64,000 nucleotides of DNA. It comes from Octopus bimaculoides. Taxonomy: Eukaryota. Below, one piece after another: positions 52,555-64,000 of this stretch. The translations under genes and the position numbers were made by a program. The notes below the pieces were generated by a model. The model made no database searches. It saw nothing but the letters and a program-made list of their open reading frames with translations, and was not told where the DNA came from. The stretch covers positions 27,269,957 through 27,333,956 of the forward strand of contig NC_068985.1 in NCBI RefSeq assembly GCF_001194135.2. Reading direction: 5' to 3'. Numbering within the stretch: the stretch's first letter is position 1; every line of letters begins with the position of its first letter.

Positions 52555-52826
52555 TCATTACTGTATTGACCAGATATTCGGATGGTGCCATACATCGCTA
52601 GTCACAATGCGCTTCGCATCGGTTTAGCCTTCGAGTGATGCCACCCCAGATCAGAAGACTATTCCGTCGTAGGCTTACCCATTTTACAGCTAGCTGAGTG
52701 GGCTGGAGCCACGTGAAATAAAGTGTTTTTGTACAAGAGCACAACGCACCGCCCGGTCTGGGAATCGAACCCACGATCTAGCAATCGCGAGTGCAAACAG
52801 CCTAACCACAAGGCCACGCATCTTCA
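52555..52826 (-). mobile_element. CORE-like tRNA-derived SINE
   Basis: Minus strand has a tRNA-like head (GCGTGGCCTTGTGGTTAG...GGGTTCGATTCCCAGACCGGGC, shared with family C), then TTTCACGTGGCTCCAGCCCACTCAGCT. Confidence 0.75.
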
Positions 52827-54711
52827 CTCGCACACGCACAATATTTAGTTCTTAGAGTATTGAGCATAGTTTCTGTTACATCATAAATATACCAAACAAT
52901 ATATTTGGAGAAATAGGTAATGTTCTGTAGCCGTAGGTCAGGGATAATTGGATAGACGCACCTAAGATCAAATGCATTCTAACCGTGCCCATGCAATTCT
53001 ATTCACCCAGGCCTTGATACATGATCCAACGCGAGATGGGTAGTTGATGTTAAAAAACAGAATCCCCCAACACTTGTTCACTATTTCTCGCTGGTCCAAT
53101 ATTAGCTCAACATCACCTTATATTGTTGTTTAGACCCTGATCGAACAAACCTACGCCTAAAGATGTTCTAGCAATGACCAATAAGTCTTTTCCCCCCTCA
53201 ACACAATGTATCTTGGACAACATTATCCAGTGTGTCCTTCCTTTTATTCTAAAGACGGTTGGATAAGATTTGAGGGAAATTTGGCTACTATTTTTTAGAA
53301 ATCGAACTTTCCTGTACTGTGGGTAAGTTATCTCTGTGCTGAGAAAAAAAAAATTACGAATCGTTAATTTCACAAATTCAGATTTATGCAAATGATATTA
53401 ATATTAATGTCTTTTTTTGTTTTTCCCAAATAGATTTTTATAGACTTCGTCAGTAAGCAGAATTTTATTTCCGGGCCTAGTAAAAGTACAAGCCTTGTAA
53501 AAACTCCTTCATTGACTTATCGTCCTTTGACACGTTTATGGAGTCAACAAGTAGAATTAGTTACTTTTCCCTTTCTTTTTAGCATGTTAGGAGCAGTTAG
53601 CTTTTTGTTTCACAAAATAACAAAAATACGCAAGGGTAGACGTCTAGTCACTTGTCGAGAGAGGGAGAGACAGAGACGGAAAGAGAGAGAGAGAGAAAGA
53701 GTACATGAACTTGGCGGAAGTGGGTTTTTTAAATCTTTTCTTTTTGCAGACGGATAGTTTTCTAAGTCATTCATCCATGAAGTGTGAAATCTTACCTAAG
53801 CAGTTCTCGTTAGTCCGTAGGCAAAAACCCTCACGCCGAGTTTAACTTCCTCGATTGGAGCAATCATATGTGCAAAACTACTACTACTACTACTACTACC
53901 GCCACCACCATTCCAAAAAAGACTCAACGTCGTTACTTGACCTGCAAGAAATAGCAGTCAAATCTCAATTCCAGAACCGTCTTAAAAAGAACAAAGAAAC
54001 AGCAGTCGATAATGTAACCCTATCAATATATGTATAGATTGAAAAGGGCACGATGGCTCTGACGAGAAAACCCTTGGCCAGGACTTAAGCATTAACTTTT
54101 TCTCTTACACACACACACACACTCGTTTGTGGTCGTAAATATGGCAAGTTCGGCTCGTAGCCACCTAGGTCCGGGTTAGGTTGCACTGCTCGACACCTTT
54201 CTTTCATGAGTGTCGTTCGTCTATCATAGATTTCTGAAGGTGTGTCCAATACCGTATGAGTGGAGTTAGTTGGAAACTATGGGGAAGCCAGTCGTTGTGT
54301 TCGAACAAACCTATGACAGCGTTCCAGTAATGACTATCTATTATATGTTATTTAATCGGCAGAAGTTACTAAGTGATTAAATAATAAGTGTGTGTGTGTG
54401 TACACACACTCATATTTGAGTTCTATTCCACCCCACTCTCACTCTATATGCGTGTGTCTGTCTTTCGCTGAAGTACGTCGGCGCAAGACATACATAGATG
54501 GACAACGCCACTCCTACCCGAAACCGGTGCTTTCGAATAAAAATTTTTTCGAAAAAAAAACAAACAAACATAATGTATGGCATTTATTCTGCCTGAAAAT
54601 AACCTTATTACTGTCGTCATGAATCCAAATGCAACGAAAATGTGACTGACCCGCTGCAAACTGATAACCAACGGCGCTATTGTTCACCAAAAGCTATACA
54701 TATAAACTCAC

Positions 54712-54743
54712 CATGCAATTATGCCGACTCTTCGCCCCAACAT
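54712..54743 (-). CDS. Candidate alternative first coding exon (MLGRRVGIIA-, phase 2)
   Basis: TAAAATG start context; ends with the strong donor ATG|GTGAGT. No downstream exon identified. Confidence 0.25.
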
Positions 54744-56504
54744 TTTATTTAGTTGCTTTGCACTGAATTGGTCTTTGGGGTTAAGTGGTACTACCTATTA
54801 TGTCAGCCAGCAAATCGATGACAAAAACGTCTTCGTATCGCTGTTTGCCATGGATACAGCATCTTTTAGAGGAGGTCTTTTTCGATGAATGACAAACACC
54901 ATCTGGTGCTATTTACTTATTAAACATACGCTCCAGCCATGACCATCTCGTTTCCCCTTCCCCATTTAATGTATAGAGTAGTGGTAGAAGCAGCACACGT
55001 TAGCTTCGTCACAAGAAGTTCATAAGTGTTTAAGCATCGTAAGAAACTCGGAGTGGAAACGAAGTGAGTCTTTGTCTACAGACTAACGAGAAGCGACTAG
55101 GTAGGACTTGAGTTTTCGCAGATGAATGACTAATAAAGCATGTAGGAAGATCATCCGATAAAAAAAAAAAAAAACCTAAAAAGAAAGAAAAAAAAAACAA
55201 TAAAAAACTGAGAGAGCGAGAGTGACACTCCTGTCAACTTCATTAACCAATGAAATTTTATATTCAAGATGGTAAGGTGTGATTTCGAGAGGAATTTGGC
55301 TGCTATTTCTATTAACTAGAAAGCAACCAGGTTGCCTCACTACTAAAGCCCTTTCAAACATTTATGAAGCGAATGTTCTCTCTTACTTGCGTGTGTGTTC
55401 GTATTCATTCGACTAGGTGTGTCACTAATAACAGGATGTGAGTGTGTATGTACATGTAGGTGTGGCACACGTTGCGTATGTCTGTGAACGTGGGTGTGTG
55501 ATGAAGATATATAGTGCGGCTGTGTGAAGGAATGACGTGTGAGCGAGTAGATGGAGGTTTAGAGAGTGTAGACGGTGAAGATGTCTGGGTGTGCCTGTTG
55601 CTATTGTTTACCCACAAGCCAACCTTTATCGATTGACAGACAAAGATCAAAAGCGTTTCAGATATGACCATCCCATCTTTGTATTATATTTAACATTTTA
55701 GCTTACACTTAACTCCATGTTCTTCATACAGAGGAATCTCAGGGAAAAATTTCCTAATGCAGCATCCCTTAAATGGAATATAATATTGAGCTGTCAGATA
55801 AATTCGTTCGTTTTTCTCCACACAAATTTTTTTTTTCTTTGTTAATCCGAAAAATTTTTCTATCGTAGTGTTTTATGTTTGTTTTTTTCTTTTTAGAAAC
55901 TATTCTTCATCTGCAACCTTTGTTTACCGTTTTTGAAATTTGAATAAATTTAACTCTTTTCAAACAGGACCGGAGTGCCGAGTAAGGGGGAAAAAAAAAA
56001 CAAAAAAAAAAAACGAACGAATTTATCTGACAACTTGATTTATATCACAATTAACGGGTTCTTTTTTTTTTTCTGTCCTGTTTCGTTTATTTACTCTTAA
56101 TTTTTCTTTAGTTTTACGAAGCAGGAATTAGTTGTAGTTTACAAGGACGAAGAATGCGTTGGTATGCACATGTGATTGATGCGTTACGGGGGTGGGGATA
56201 ACAGATGAATTAAACAAGTGCCAGGATATTTAAGTGGAAGAAAACTGCGGTAGAAGACCAAGCAAGGCATGTACAGAAGTGCTATAAACTCAACCTTACA
56301 AAAGACATGACTAAAAGAACGCAACAAATGGTGTTGGAAAGGGCGTAAAAATAATGACAATGTTAATTGACTCCATGTAATTAATATATTGCTTTTGATT
56401 TTATCTTTTACGAGTGACAGTCATTGAAAACGGTCATACTGGGGCACCACCTTCAAGGGTGTAGTCGAACAAATCGACCCCAATAGCTCTCTCTCTTTCA
56501 GGGT

Positions 56505-56694
56505 GGTGGTGGGGGGAACCGAAAAGTTCCTGGATTTAAGGGTGAGGCTTAACCTTCCAAGTTCTTTTACAGGACTTAGAAAAACTGAAGGGCCGCTGCA
56601 ATAGTCTGAGAGGGGAATGTGTTGAATAAAATACTAATTAACTGATCCTCCTGGGTTTTCTTTTACCCAAAGCCAGGAACTTTTCACCACACCC

Positions 56695-56700
<6 letters not shown>
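56505..56700 (+). mobile_element. Mariner-derived MITE
   Basis: Inverted termini share GAAAAGTTCCTGG.TTT; interior encodes EKLKGRCNSLRGECVE*, like a mariner transposase C-terminus; right end abuts (TA)n. Confidence 0.75.
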
Positions 56701-56727
<27 letters not shown>

Positions 56728-56728
<1 letters not shown>

Positions 56729-56999
56729 TCTCTTTACTCTTTTACTTGTTTCAGTCATTTGACTGCGGCCATGCTGGAGCACCGCCTTTAGTTGAGCAAA
56801 TCGACCCCAGGACTTATTCCTTGTAAGCCTAGTACTTATTCCATCGGTCTCCTTTGCCGAACCGCTAAGTTACGGGGACGTAAACACACCAACATAGGTT
56901 GTCAAGCGAAGTTGGGGGGACAAACACAGACACACATATACGACGGGCTTCTTTCAGTTTCCGTCTACCAAATCCACTCACAAGGCTTTGGTCGGCCCG
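56728..56999 (-). mobile_element. Young SINE family A copy running into a gap
   Basis: Close to the family consensus with CpGs intact; N run at 57000-57009. Confidence 0.92.
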
Positions 57000-57009
57000 N
57001 NNNNNNNNN

Positions 57010-57040
<31 letters not shown>

Positions 57041-57884
57041 CTAGTTTATTGGATCAGGAGGCGATTAAAGCGGTGCCATGTGGATTAGCGTATCACAGAT
57101 GACTTACGTTTATACGATCGGTCTTAAGCATGAGCTCGTGTAGGTACATGTTTGGTAGCAATAATATGTTCATATGCCGGAAAAAAATGAGATAGGGAGG
57201 GAGGGAGGCCCAAATATAGGTCAACGCGTTGAATAAAGTTTGCTTGAATGTGGGTCAATCCACCGAAAAAGAAAAAAAAAAAAGTAAAAGAAAGCCGAAT
57301 GTGGGTCAATATCCTGAAAATGGAACACACTGACTTTCAGACAATATGCAGTTAGATATCTCACTGCCAGCCAATAAGGTAGCAAGTGACGATCATGGGG
57401 ACATGTAGCAAAATATAAAGGAATTTCATGATAGCAAGGCCAAAACTGCAAAGGTGTGTCCCTATGGCTGCCAGTCAATATACAAGTCAGTGATGACTTG
57501 GACCCTAACAAGGAGTGTGTGTGTGTGTGTGTGTGTATTCGTTGGAAACTAATCTTTATTCAGTGATTTTCATTTATGCACCAAGGCGCATTACACATAC
57601 ATGCAATCTAACGATAGAGCGCTTTGCTTCTACGTGATCGTTCAGTCTGCTAGAAACGGAAGCTAAATCTCTCTGAAATCCTACCTTACTGTTTTTAAAA
57701 AGATCACAATACATAATGTAGTCCAAGGAACAGTAAACCAAAAAAAAAAAAAAAAAAAGAACGGGAAGCTCACGGCAGGATTGCCTTTCATTATGGTACT
57801 AAGGTTGTGTTTGAAATCGACATCTTGGAGATGACGCCATGTAGTTCTATGAAAACTATGTCACAAAGTGGTCGCTGGGGGAAC

Positions 57885-58260
57885 TGTGTTGCCATGTAGC
57901 TGTAATGGTGACTGTGTGTTACCATGTGGCTGGAATGGTAGCCGAGAGTTGCCATGTGGTTGGAATGGTAACTGTGTTACCATGTAGCTGGAATAGTGTC
58001 TCACCATGTAGCCAGACTGGTGATTGTGTTGCCATGTGGCTAGAACAGTGTTTCCATGTAGCTCGAACGGTGACTGTGTGTGTGTCTGGAATGGTAACTA
58101 AGTGTCGCCGTGAGGCTGGAATGGTGACGGCGTGTTACCATGTGGCTGGAACAGTAACTGTATGCTGTCATGTGGTTGGAATGATGAGTGAGTGTTACTA
58201 TGTAGCTTAGTTGGTGACTAAGTATTGCTATGTCGCTGGAATGATGACAGCGTCGACATG
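57885..58260. repeat. 30-bp minisatellite, consensus GTGTTRCCATGTRGCTGGAATGGTRACTGT
   Basis: About 13 degenerate units; starts at 57888, 57918, 57948 and 57976. Explains the ORF 57905-58210. Confidence 0.9.
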
Positions 58261-58324
58261 GTGATTTAACAGAGAATGTGTCATGCTAGAACGATTGGCT
58301 GTCACCATGATGGTGTCACCTTGC

Positions 58325-58336
<12 letters not shown>

Positions 58337-58378
<42 letters not shown>
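58337..58378. repeat. (TA)n microsatellite
   Basis: Direct reading. Confidence 0.97.
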
Positions 58379-58381
<3 letters not shown>

Positions 58382-59309
58382 ATCTACACTGCAACATGTT
58401 GACAGTACACATGTGGGGAATACATCCCAAAATACCTTTATGACATAAGTCGTCACGCTGTTGGTATTTAGTCTCCAGGACAGCTGTGATCAAATGGATA
58501 ACTTTAATCAAAGGCTTTCGATTATAGATAACCATATTGTATTTATATTCCTAACACTGTACCGTGGATCACATTATCCAATATCTAATGTATCTCCACC
58601 GTTATTTTTTTAAAAAAAGATATATGATATGAAACAAATTTGACTATATTTTCTTGCATGTCGACTACACATAACCGAAGGCTTCCTCATTACCACGTGG
58701 TGTGTGTGTGTATGTGTGCACTACCTAGCGTTTATGGTCCATGTAGAGATAACTATATACACGAGTTTCATGTCCGAAGTCAGTAGTGGTGTGAGTACAA
58801 CAAATAACTATATACAAGGAATATACAACGCCTCTATAGTTGTTTTCGAGTAGATGAAATATTATCAAAGGCATTCTAACTTTCAGGAACTACCTTGCCT
58901 AACATATTCATCCTCATTATTTGAATCAGTAGATGTCTAGTGAAGGAGATTTGGCTGCTATTTCTAACAGATCGAGTGACGACCACTTCTTTGGCGATGT
59001 AGGTGTGCATATGCAATGGGATAGATTTCCTAACTGTTGACAAGTAATGACTGGCTGTAGAGTATTTTTTTCTTTAACAGATTAATCAGGAAGAAGAGGG
59101 CAGTACCTAAATATGATTTAAAATGTCTAAGGAAGAAAACACAACTTGTGGGTTACCCTCAGATCGACCACCTTGTTACAACGCTTGGAACAGAGTGGAC
59201 TCCACTAAAAGAGTCCAAAGGTTGGCTAGTGTGGTGGTGGTGGCGGCGGCGGTGGTTAATCTGGTCGATGGATTAAGTCTAAACTTCCTCGTACAATGTA
59301 CAAGACGTC

Positions 59310-59480
59310 AGGAGGGCTTGCACACAGTTTCTGTCTTCCCAATTTTCATTTACAGTATTCGGGTTGTCTACCGAGGCTACAGTTGGAGACACTTATCCAA
59401 CGTGTCGTGCAACAAACTGAACCTGAAATCACGTCATTGTGAAGCGAACTGCCTAAACACACGCTCATACCTGCACCCAT
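59310..59480 (-). mobile_element. Degenerate SINE family A head
   Basis: GAGGCTACAGTTGGAGACACTT...ACTGAACCTGAAATCAC...CACACGCTCATACCTG. Confidence 0.6.
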
Positions 59481-60246
59481 GCTCAAGATTCCGTTCGGGC
59501 ATACGGTACATTGTAGCCGCCCCAATTTGCTTACACACACGCAATTGGTAAGCCGTGACAATAGCACAATTTTCTTCAAAGGCAAAACTGTAATTAAAAA
59601 AATGGTAATTTACACATACACACACGTGATATAAGGGCATCTAAATAATACGTAAGTAAAGGCGAGGTAGCTAAGTGGGTACCATGTTAGATTATCTGCT
59701 AGGCTGTCACGTGTTCGAATCCACTGTACGTATTTCGTTCTTTCTGAGCAAAGCAATTAATCCTTATTATTGCAGGTTAACTAGCTGGCAGGAAGTTTGT
59801 ACAAAATCATCTGACAATGTTGCCTATATCAACTTCGCCACATGACACCGCAGCTACATATAAACCTTAAAAAGATTTTTTCCCCCAAGGCTTGGTAAAA
59901 CGTTTACACTCTTGCCTTTGTACAAAGAATGTACGTTAAATGAAAACTACTGCTACTACACATTGTATGTCTGTCTGTGTCGAAAACACGTCTCATCATG
60001 TACCACTGTGTGTGTGTGTGTGTGTACTTAGATGCTTTTAAGAACATGAAACGATAGCAATAATAATTCCACAGCAGAGCAAAGAACTGCACTGAGCTCA
60101 ATCAACTATACACAGATTCTGTTTTCAAACCCTATTGAGCTTGGTTGCAGTCCGTCAGAAGCGAATACCCGTTTTTATATTACATACTAGGATCGGTCGA
60201 TCCGGCAGATCAATGCTGGATTACATAAATATATATATATATATAT

Positions 60247-60417
60247 AACGTGAGAGAGTTAGGGGTTGGGGGTTCAACCCACTAAGGGATAGTATCTATC
60301 CAGTATACTGCTGGGAGGGTACCCAATTATTGCTACACTAGTGCTATCCTAGGTGCAATCAATGGGAGCGGGTAAAAGTGGAGGTTTTACCCAAAATTTG
60401 TGTAACAATTAGAAAAT
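60247..60417 (-). mobile_element. Second copy of the ~165-bp (TA)n-associated element
   Basis: Reverse complement of 35845-36010 with two substitutions and one 2-nt indel in the shared part. Confidence 0.85.
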
Positions 60418-61611
60418 GGAGGATATAAAACAAAGAAACAGCATTAAACTTTCCTTTTTATCACGACGGCAAAAAAAAAAAAAAAAAAAAAAACTAAGCT
60501 GCCAGACATGTTTAGCCCAAGGTCAGCATGTGTCAAAGGTTTTTCACTCATGCCCATCATGTCTCGTACTACATTGTATAATGCGTCCATTTTCAAAGCC
60601 ACCACGCACAACAATGTGATATTGAGGGATATTTTTGCTGAGAGATTTTCACGATTATCAAAAGATTTCTATGGATGTGAGAGTGCCCACACAATTAGTA
60701 GCGGCGCATGAGAATCGCGATAAGTGGATAAGTAACAAACAGCAACACGCCCGCATCACTACTCCATAGCAACAATCATTCTAACTTAGCCATCCCATTA
60801 AAATCGCCTCGACATATCCGTCTGTGTATTAGTCACCTTTACTTCTTCCCAATGGTAATTTTGACAACTTAGTCAAAGAAGAATTTGAAGAAAATATATA
60901 AGCCACGTAAACGTAGTTAAAAATTTCTCAGAAAGAAATGACAAGTGCCTCAACTATTTATATTAGTGGGGTATCGTTTTGCAGTATTTAATACCAGCTC
61001 ATAGACTTTGAGATCGAACCTACTAATTGCTGTTCAGCTCAAGGCAACCCCAATCGAGCGAACCTTATTATCTGAACATTCTAATCACAACCATCCCACA
61101 CTTTGAAGGGATGACTAGCATTTTGGCTGCTATTTCTAGCAGGTCGATGGACAAACGTGGATGCTTCCAACGTTTATAGCATATTTGTGTGAGTATACAT
61201 GACTTCAAAGTTGTAGATCTTGAAAATATTTAATTTCAATAAGATAGTTCTGCATGTTATACAAGACATTTCACTCTGCGCTCAACATCATAAAACCGGA
61301 GCTAAGCGCCAGTTCTTAAAACCTTTACTAAGCAACGGTTCCTAAAACCCCCATCGTTCGATGGACCACAAAATCCAACTGTATCCCCCTTAAACCGCAT
61401 CCAATCGTCTGCTGAAACACGAACGCAAGGATAATACGATCCAAAGTGCACAATAAATAAATAAATAATAAATAGATAAATAAAATAAAATAAAATAAAA
61501 ATAATAGGGTTGTTCAACACCGGAATGTCTTTGGTTATAGATTGTTCTAAGAGGGATGAAATGATGTTAAATAGCGGAAACACCCGTCCAAGAGCTTGGA
61601 ATAAACATTTA

Positions 61612-61830
61612 CATTGAGCTGGCAGAATCGCAAGAGCGTCTGAAAAAATGCCTTACGGTATTTCTTCCAGTCTTTACGTTCTGAGTTCAAATCCATCCGA
61701 AGTCTCGTATTTGCCTTTCATCCCTTCAGGGTGGTTAAAATAAAGTACCAATCAAGTACTGGAGGTCGATAGCATTAACCAACAACCGTCCCTCAAAAGT
61801 GAAGGTCCTGTGCCTAAAGACTGGAGTAAA
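61612..61830 (+). mobile_element. SINE family B copy
   Basis: TGAGCTGGCAGAATCG...TTCTGAGTTCAAAT. Confidence 0.85.
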
Positions 61831-62176
61831 TTATAAATTCAATAAGAACTTTCATCGTTTTCCTTTATACCTGATATTAAATAGAATATCGTGCAGCATC
61901 GTGTGCGTGTGTGTGTGTGTATTGTGTGCATCAAAGACAACTGTTATAGTTAAGCTTGTACCTAACACAAGCTGTGCATGTTTATTGTAACCTTATCTAT
62001 GTCCGTGTGCGCGTTGTCTGTGTTGCTATGCATACCTGTTGACTTCGATACACTACAGACAGTTAATGTTGAACGGAAACTATCGAAGTGAATGATGAGC
62101 ACTTTCAGACTTTTCAGCACACAACTCTGTTATTAAAACCATAAGAGTTGCAGTAGCATGCCGCAAAACTAACAAG

Positions 62177-62216
<40 letters not shown>

Positions 62217-62734
62217 GAAACAGCTTATATATGAAATTTAAGTGGTCTTCAGAAATCAAATATTGATGTCTCTTACCGTTTCTCGAAAAATATTGAATCC
62301 AGTGAAAAATTGAAGAAAAACCATACGTTGTTTATAGGAAAAACATCAGCAAGTTTTCAAAGATGTATTACACATCAAAATCACAGAACACATAGTTACA
62401 TTCCAGGATCGAAGTATTCGTTCGAACGACAAGAAAGACCAATGAAATTACCATGAAAACGACATTGTGTCATCTTAAAAATAGGATATGACACATTAGA
62501 TGATGTGGTCCAAGATATTCGTATAAAAAAAAAACAGGATGGTCACACCTAGAACGCTTTATAAAACAGATATCTCATACTCGAAAATAGCTGACCAGAG
62601 ACCACACAACAACTTAGGCATCTTTTTCGGTCACCTATTACCTTTACCTCAATCATTCTCAACTAACAAACGCAATTATAAAAGTTGAAACAAGAAACAT
62701 TAAGATCCCCCTCAAATAATAATAATCCTTTTTA

Positions 62735-62890
62735 CTACAGGCACAAAGCCTGAATTTCTTGTGGGAGATGGGGGGGGCTAATCAATTACATCGACCCCAG
62801 TGCTCAACTGGTACTTATTTCATCGACCTCGGAAGGATGAAAAGAGAAGTCGACCCCGGTGGAATTTGAACTTAGAACGTAGCGACTGTA
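62735..62890 (-). mobile_element. SINE family B copy
   Basis: GGCACAAAGCC...ACATCGACCCCAGTGCTCAACTGGTACTT...GGAATTTGAACTTAGAACG. Confidence 0.85.
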
Positions 62891-63317
62891 GCCACACAAA
62901 AACGTAATGTGGGGACATCACAAGGAAAGGCAACAGTTTGCGTGGGGATTAACATAAAGGATGTAGAGAAAGAAAAGGGAAATGCGATAAAAGTATACAT
63001 AGTAACTAAAGTGACAACATGATTGATGTAGTTCTCCTGATACAGAACCTCCGACTAGGACCAATCAAAAACCCCACACATTCAGGATTGCTCTGACCAC
63101 GAAAGGTACGAACCCTCTCTCCTGCTCTCCGATCTACTGTCGCAAATCCATTCAACTATAGGCAAAACGCATGAAGTTTTGGGGAGTTAAGGGTTAATTG
63201 ATTACATCAGCCCTAGTAATCAAGTAGTGGTTACTTGTATCGACCCCGAAAAGGATGAAAGGCAAAAATAATGAATCTATGCCAGTGATGAATAATAAAA
63301 GATATCTGAGTTAAGAG

Positions 63318-63352
<35 letters not shown>

Positions 63353-64000
63353 AAGAACCCCCCCCCTTCCCCTGATGAAATGAAACACGTCTTATGTCCA
63401 GTGTCTGTGTGTGTATACACACACATATACACAGATATGGAAGAGATAGGGAGAATACAAAAAGGAGTGAAGGTACAAAAAACGAACAGGCAGAATGAAG
63501 TGAATTGATAAAAAAAAATAAATTATAATGCCGTTTATATTATGTAAATTAATCGACTGCTAAAAGTGTCGAGACTGGTAATGAAGACTAATTCATTGGA
63601 AATTGCAATACAAAGTTATATATGCAACTCTAATAATATCCAGTCACCGCCAACACCCACCCACCCACACATACCCGTTAACCACTAAAATATAACAGTT
63701 GGGAACAAGTTTCGCATCTTTTGTTTCACCCGCACCTCCTCACAAACCCTTAATTCAGCCTTTTTTTTTTTTTTTTTTTTTTAAATTCTTCGAAACTTAA
63801 TCTATAGAAAATACATTCTGAAACTTCATCAAATGAAATGCGATGAGAGCAAAATGTATATTAATTACATGAACGAAAATTTACAATAAAATTTATGATT
63901 TAGACAACTGTTGGGTTCAAATGGAAATACTGGTTGGAAGATTGAGAAAGGATATAGTTATAGGAAGCATATTATAGAAATTAAAATTACAAAGAAATAT

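Noticed and set aside
57885-58260. CRISPR array or repeat protein
   Set aside because: Eukaryotic context, no unique spacers, and indels break the reading frame.
59123-59551. 142-aa plus-strand ORF
   Set aside because: Runs through a (GGT/GGC)n tract and an antisense SINE fragment.

Overview
This is a eukaryotic, AT-rich, repeat-dense scaffold window with three N gaps. Its SINE/LINE families match those I recall from Octopus (probably O. bimaculoides; inference from memory). There is no prokaryotic gene content, CRISPR array, rRNA or intact tRNA, and almost all ORF-track entries are spurious or derive from repeats. The window has two compositional domains. Positions 1-37.4 kb are CpG-depleted and A-rich on +, consistent with a methylated gene body or intron of a minus-strand gene. 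Positions 37.4-64 kb retain CpG and look promoter-like or unmethylated. A plausible first coding exon (MAAASAVVR-, minus strand, 39774-39802) and other phase-2 candidate first exons lie near or beyond the boundary, but I could not identify the gene. Recognisable mobile DNA: decayed CR1/Jockey-type and RTE LINE fragments, a decayed mariner with a related MITE, a Helitron helicase remnant, a HINE-like element, piggyBac-like and hAT-like MITEs, and many tRNA-derived SINEs. The most unusual structures are an ~0.9 kb array of ERE-like palindromes (AGGTCA-n3-TGAACT, one perfect ERE) with a homologous second sub-array, a 30-bp minisatellite of split X-box palindromes, and a young hairpin-rich ~165-bp element at (TA)n with a terminal micro-inversion. 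Repeat boundaries are approximate (about +/-10-20 bp) unless TSD/TIR coordinates are given.
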